DNA of 64,000 bases. It comes from an uncultured Gammaproteobacteria bacterium (lineage in GTDB: Bacteria; Pseudomonadota; Gammaproteobacteria; Poriferisulfidales; GCA-002705445). The stretch covers positions 564 through 64,563 of the forward strand of contig CAJXAV010000001.1 of the NCBI GenBank assembly GCA_913050095.1. The letters run 5' to 3'. The notes beneath the pieces are model-generated. The model made no database searches. It was not told the origin of the DNA and worked only from the letters and a program-made list of their open reading frames with translations. This document shows positions 62,358 to 64,000 of this stretch, in pieces. How positions within the stretch are numbered: position 1 is the stretch's first letter; each line of letters begins with the position of its first letter. The position numbers and the translations under genes are program-made.

Positions 62358-64000
62358 TTAGTATTCTTTATTGACGTAACCTTTAATACTATCAGCAAGT
62401 AAATTTCCTAATGGAGTACCTACATCAGTAAATCCTTTTAGCATTATCTGGAACTGTATATCTTTTTCATATGTATTAGAACTTATTTTATATCTTCTTT
62501 GGACAAGTCTAGCTTTCCAGCAGCAGCTTTCATATTCCAAGCCAGCTAATGTTTCTATATCACCAACATTTTCTGCATCAAAATTATTTTTAAAGTCATA
62601 ATTCCATCTACCTAAAATATTCATACGGCTGTTTATACCCCATGCAAAACTTACATCTCCTTGTTCAATTCCATCCTTTCTATATCTATAGCTCGCATTA
62701 AATACATTATTTCCTTCGCCTCTATATTGAAGAGAGTGTATATTTCTTTCAGTTTTTTTATTACCGCCTTTTGTATCATACAAAAAAGTTGACGAAAAAT
62801 TTATATTTTTTATAGGTCTAAACTGAAGTTCTGCAACTATGTTTGAATTTGCTCTAGTATAGTTTGTATTATTATCAATAGATATATTTCTATCTTCAAA
62901 ATATATTATTTGACCAATACTGGCAGTGAATACATTTCTTAATTCTTCTAAATCATAAAAGTTTGAAGAAAGTGAAACTGTCATTTGATTAGTATCATTA
63001 TTTCTGTCTAAACCAGAAAAACTATTGTCCCTAAATAGTTGCGAATACGAAAAATCATTTAATCCAGAGTCAAATATTGGTATATCATCCTGATTCTCTT
63101 TTCCAGAATAAAGATAGAATATTCTTGGTTTGATTTGATGAGCTATATTTGTATTTTGTATTTGTTTTGATAATGTCATTTCACTATCTAAAGAAAATAT
63201 TGGTATTGTTTTACTTGGAGAAGAAGAGAATCCAGCACTTTGTTTATCTAAGTCATAACTCGTATGTTGTAATTTTAATCTTGGTTTTATGCTCAAACCC
63301 TTCATATAAAAAGTTCTATCCATACCTAATTGTAAGTCGACTCTAGTGCCATCAACTTTGGATATATGGTCCCATTTAGCAAGAGAAGATGTTAAGTCAA
63401 AATTTAGCAAATCATTATCCCATCTTTTGTTGATACTGATTTGGGGCAAAATATCATAAGGTTGCGATGAAGGGCTAATATTTCTATCAAAAGTTTGGTA
63501 ACCTTGAAATCTAGCATTGATATTAAAGTCATTGAGAACAGTTTTGAGTGTTGCATGCCTTGTTCTGTAAGTTGTGCTACTCCTTGCTATTCCAACACCA
63601 AAATCATCGAAGTAATCTTTATCAGAAAACTTATCATACAATAAGTCAACTTCTATGTTGTTACGAAAGGTTTGTTTGTGACTAATGTAAAAATTATATC
63701 TATCATTATTTGACCTTGTATTTTTTCCGGATTTTTTATATTCAGAATCATCGTCAAGATATGATAAAAATATAGAACCAGAGTATTTTTTATTTAAATA
63801 TCTAAAATTGGATTCAATCTGACTGCCGCGTTCTTGAATATAAGATGGCGTTATCAGCATATCCATATTTTCTGCAATATTCCAATAAAATGGCTGTACT
63901 ACGTCAGGTCCTTTGACCCAGCTTCCAGAAAAGTCAGTAACTAAAAATCCAGTTTTTCTCTGCTCGTCTAGAGAAAATTGCATGTATGGACTATAAAAAA
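62358..64000 (-). CDS. lptD: LPS-assembly protein LptD (Imp/OstA), C-terminal portion; gene continues beyond the window
   Basis: Over 541 aa of beta-barrel sequence ending in a terminal aromatic residue, upstream of surA; the 5' end lies outside the window. Confidence 0.85.
   Translation of the reverse strand, partial: FYSPYMQFSLDEQRKTGFLVTDFSGSWVKGPDVVQPFYWNIAENMDMLITPSYIQERGSQIESNFRYLNKKYSGSIFLSYLDDDSEYKKSGKNTRSNNDRYNFYISHKQTFRNNIEVDLLYDKFSDKDYFDDFGVGIARSSTTYRTRHATLKTVLNDFNINARFQGYQTFDRNISPSSQPYDILPQISINKRWDNDLLNFDLTSSLAKWDHISKVDGTRVDLQLGMDRTFYMKGLSIKPRLKLQHTSYDLDKQSAGFSSSPSKTIPIFSLDSEMTLSKQIQNTNIAHQIKPRIFYLYSGKENQDDIPIFDSGLNDFSYSQLFRDNSFSGLDRNNDTNQMTVSLSSNFYDLEELRNVFTASIGQIIYFEDRNISIDNNTNYTRANSNIVAELQFRPIKNINFSSTFLYDTKGGNKKTERNIHSLQYRGEGNNVFNASYRYRKDGIEQGDVSFAWGINSRMNILGRWNYDFKNNFDAENVGDIETLAGLEYESCCWKARLVQRRYKISSNTYEKDIQFQIMLKGFTDVGTPLGNLLADSIKGYVNKEY

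Overview
This 64 kb window is gene-dense, about 30% GC, core chromosomal DNA from a streamlined gammaproteobacterium (short intergenic gaps, many 1-4 nt gene overlaps). Gene order repeatedly matches E. coli/Pseudomonas islands: gmk-rpoZ-spoT-ridA-recG; hemCD; argH-lptM-lysA-dapF-yigA-xerC-[DUF971-ubiE-ubiJ-ubiB]-uvrD; thrB/polA/engB/cytochrome c4/dsbA; glnK-amtB; nadA/argS/priA; hemH-fxsA-groESL; ampD-gshA; fpr/ilvA; zapB-like/zapA/6S RNA divergent from pepP-ubiH-ubiI; lgt-thyA-folA; lptD-surA-pdxA-rsmA-apaG-apaH. I see no mobile element, CRISPR array, integrase or recognisable defence island, and no convincing novel multi-gene system. Features missing from the ORF track that I can support are a 6S RNA (ssrS) downstream of zapA on the minus strand, a tRNA-Arg(CCG), a small LptM-type lipoprotein overlapping argH and lysA, a 31-aa hydrophobic peptide with a strong Shine-Dalgarno, two sigma-54 (-24/-12) promoters (one with an NtrC-like enhancer) driving a TorF-family porin and glnK-amtB, a CIRCE (HrcA) operator upstream of groESL, and several rho-independent terminators. 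The least ordinary locus is 46.5-47.5 kb: a histone-H1-like poly-lysine protein encoded by 27-bp tandem repeats, about 430 bp of phased T/A-tract tandem-repeat DNA, and the 6S RNA. Other points worth follow-up are a membrane-anchored pseudoazurin-like cupredoxin, a standalone HNH nuclease with an unknown N-terminal domain, a domain-less ORF translationally coupled between gshA and a FAH-family gene, and the number of ubiquinone genes (ubiE/J/B, ubiK, ubiH/I). All calls rest on reading the translated sequence and motifs by eye; no database searches were run.
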